Shown piece after piece: positions 62,174 to 64,000 of a stretch of 64,000 nucleotides of DNA. Under the pieces are notes generated by a model that was not told the DNA's origin, ran no database searches, and saw nothing but the letters and a program-made list of their open reading frames with translations. How positions within the stretch are numbered: position 1 is the stretch's first letter; every line of letters begins with the position of its first letter. The DNA comes from Gemmatimonadota bacterium (GTDB lineage: Bacteria > Gemmatimonadota > Gemmatimonadetes > Gemmatimonadales > GWC2-71-9). The stretch lies in contig QKDC01000102.1 in NCBI GenBank assembly GCA_003246755.1, positions 32,804-96,803 of the forward strand. Direction: 5' to 3'. A program made the position numbers and the translations under genes.

Positions 62174-64000
62174 ATGACCGACGACCTCCAAACCCGGCTC
62201 CAGGCAGCACTTGGAGACAGCTACCGTATCGAGCGCGAGCTCGGTGGGGGAGGGATGAGCCGCGTTTTCCTTGCGGAGGAAGTGCGGCTGGCCCGCCAGG
62301 TGGTCATCAAGGTGCTTCCGCCCGAGATGGCAGCCGGTGTCAACGTCGACCGGTTCGAGCGGGAGATCCAACTCGCCGCACGACTCCAGCATCCGCATGT
62401 CGTGCCCCTGCTCACGGCCGGTGCCGAGGGGGATCTCCTCTATTACGTCATGCCGTTCATCAAGGGGGAATCCCTCCGGGCCAAACTCGCGCGCGAGGGG
62501 GAGCTCCCGATCGGAGTCGCGGTACGGATCCTCCGTGATGTTGCCGACGCACTGGCGTACGCCCACTCGGAGGGCGTGGTCCACCGCGACATCAAGCCCG
62601 ACAACGTGATGATTTCGGCGAACCACGCCCTGGTGGTGGACTTTGGTGTCGCCAAGGCGGTCTCCGCCTCGACCGGCGCGGTCAGCCTCACCTCGCTCGG
62701 CGTGGCGCTCGGCACACCCTCGTACATGGCGCCCGAACAAGCGGCCGCGGAACCCAATGTCGACCATCGCGCCGATGTGTATGCATTCGGTGCGCTCGCC
62801 TACGAGATGCTCACCGGGAGGCCCCCGTTCTTGGGACCAACGGCGCAGGCGGTCCTCGCGGCACATGTGACCCAGTCCCCGGACGCGATCACCTCGCACC
62901 GCGCGACGGTCCCGCCTTCGATGGCCGAGTTGGTGATGCGGTGCCTGGCGAAGAAGCCGGCCGATCGTTGGCAGAAGGCGGAGGATCTCCGGGCTCAACT
63001 CGAGGGGATGACCACGCCGACGGGGGGGATGACACCGACGGGGACCCAACCGGTCGCCGCGGTGGACTACGGCGCGGTGGCACGCCGGGCGCATCCGCTG
63101 CGGGTGGCTGGTCTCTTCGCGCTCGCCACGGTTGGTGTGCTCGCGATCGTGTACGTACTGGTTCAGGCGATCGGGCTCCCCGATTGGGTGACCTGGGGAG
63201 CAGCCGGGCTCATGGCGGTCGGACTCCCGATCATGCTCGTCATCGGTCGGCGCGAGCAACGGCGGGCCGAGGCGATGTTGACCGGAGTGCACATGACCAC
63301 GCCGGTCGGCCTGCCACGGCACATGACCTTCAAGAAGGCGATACAGGGCGGTGCCCTCGCCTTCGTGGGTCTGGCGGTTCTTGCTGGTGGCTACATGGCG
63401 ATGCGGAATCTCGGTATCGGCCCGGTCGGGACGCTCGTGGCGTCCGGAGTGCTCGACGAGGGTGGTGCGGTGGTGCTCGCCGATTTCGTCGACCGCACCG
63501 GCGACGCCTCGCTCGCGCGGACGGTGACGGAGGCCATTCGGGTGGACCTGAGCCAGTCGCGGGCCATTTCGCTCATGTCGCCCAATGCCGTGCGTGACGC
63601 TCTGGAGCGGATGCGGCGGAATCCTGACACCGTTCTCACGGAAGGCGTGGCCCGCGAGATCGCGAATCGTGAGGGGCTCAAGGCGATCCTCACCGGCGAG
63701 GTGAGTGCCGCTGGTGGCGGCTACGTGCTCACGGCCAACCTTTTGTCCGCTGAGACCGGAGACATTCTCACGGCCCAACGAGCCACCGCATCGGATTCAA
63801 CGGACCTCATCGCCGCGATGGACCGGCTCTCGGTCAGTCTGCGCGAGAGGATTGGGGAGTCACTCAAGACGATTCGAGCGCGTGAACCGCTGCTCTGGGC
63901 TACGACCGCTTCCCTCCCGGCGTTGCGGCGGTATACGGATGGGAACCTGGCCGTACTCGGAGGAGACATTGACCGGGGCATCGACCTGCTGCGCGAGGCG
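62174..64000 (+). CDS. Ser/Thr protein kinase, 3' end cut by the window edge; TM segments and a periplasmic domain resembling the kinase at 1..2724
   Basis: Not in the track because there is no stop within the window. ATG 62174, with the frame open to 64000. GGGGMSRVFLA, VIKVL, HRDIKPDN, DFG, APEQ. The sequence downstream of the TM segments, VVLADFVDRTGD..LTGEV, resembles the first kinase. Confidence 0.85.
   Translation, partial: MTDDLQTRLQAALGDSYRIERELGGGGMSRVFLAEEVRLARQVVIKVLPPEMAAGVNVDRFEREIQLAARLQHPHVVPLLTAGAEGDLLYYVMPFIKGESLRAKLAREGELPIGVAVRILRDVADALAYAHSEGVVHRDIKPDNVMISANHALVVDFGVAKAVSASTGAVSLTSLGVALGTPSYMAPEQAAAEPNVDHRADVYAFGALAYEMLTGRPPFLGPTAQAVLAAHVTQSPDAITSHRATVPPSMAELVMRCLAKKPADRWQKAEDLRAQLEGMTTPTGGMTPTGTQPVAAVDYGAVARRAHPLRVAGLFALATVGVLAIVYVLVQAIGLPDWVTWGAAGLMAVGLPIMLVIGRREQRRAEAMLTGVHMTTPVGLPRHMTFKKAIQGGALAFVGLAVLAGGYMAMRNLGIGPVGTLVASGVLDEGGAVVLADFVDRTGDASLARTVTEAIRVDLSQSRAISLMSPNAVRDALERMRRNPDTVLTEGVAREIANREGLKAILTGEVSAAGGGYVLTANLLSAETGDILTAQRATASDSTDLIAAMDRLSVSLRERIGESLKTIRAREPLLWATTASLPALRRYTDGNLAVLGGDIDRGIDLLREA

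Noticed and set aside
62123-63778. 551-aa minus-strand ORF near the right edge
   Set aside because: The plus strand encodes an obvious Hanks kinase (GGGGMSRVF, HRDIKPDN, DFG, APEQ) in a frame open from 62174 to the window end. That frame is missing from the track only because it has no stop in the window.

Overview
GC-rich bacterial chromosome segment. The gene content (ADOP duplicated permease with PadR, many Hanks kinases with PD40 or TPR ectodomains, FecI/FecR/TonB receptor sets) suggests Gemmatimonadota or Acidobacteriota, but that is inference only. The left part is the replication-origin neighbourhood: RNase P RNA, mtgA, dnaN, an AT-rich oriC candidate, dnaA, then divergently rpmH-rnpA-yidD-yidC-mnmE. 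Housekeeping and envelope genes follow: ddl, cystathionine beta-synthase, mutS, holA, a MacAB-like efflux operon, upp, a sigma/anti-sigma/TonB receptor trio, a PadR-ADOP pair, and four Ser/Thr kinases. I found no rRNA, tRNA, CRISPR, transposase or integrase. The most interesting part is a ~12 kb island at 45.6-57.4 kb. It is centred on a MerR-HTH plus cobalamin-binding regulator of the CarH/LitR type, with a Wx9EH motif and a xHxxG..SxT..GG B12 signature visible in the translation. On one side are an OM-barrel/class II photolyase operon and an SDR/DUF2867 gene. On the other side is a near-consensus promoter driving fasciclin, acyl-lipid desaturase, FAD oxidoreductase, DUF1365, CFA synthase, DUF1295, a second CMAS methyltransferase and SRPBCC; the last seven genes are joined by 1-4 nt start/stop overlaps. 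Both divergent promoter regions carry tandem 11-bp T(T/A)GACAAA repeats over their -35 boxes. I interpret this as a light (AdoCbl)-controlled photo-oxidative-stress and membrane-lipid-remodelling system, possibly making furan, methylated or cyclopropane fatty acids. Its effectors resemble the RpoE-ChrR singlet-oxygen regulon of alpha-proteobacteria but appear wired to a CarH-type photoreceptor. Many long antisense ORFs in the track are GC-bias artefacts and were rejected.
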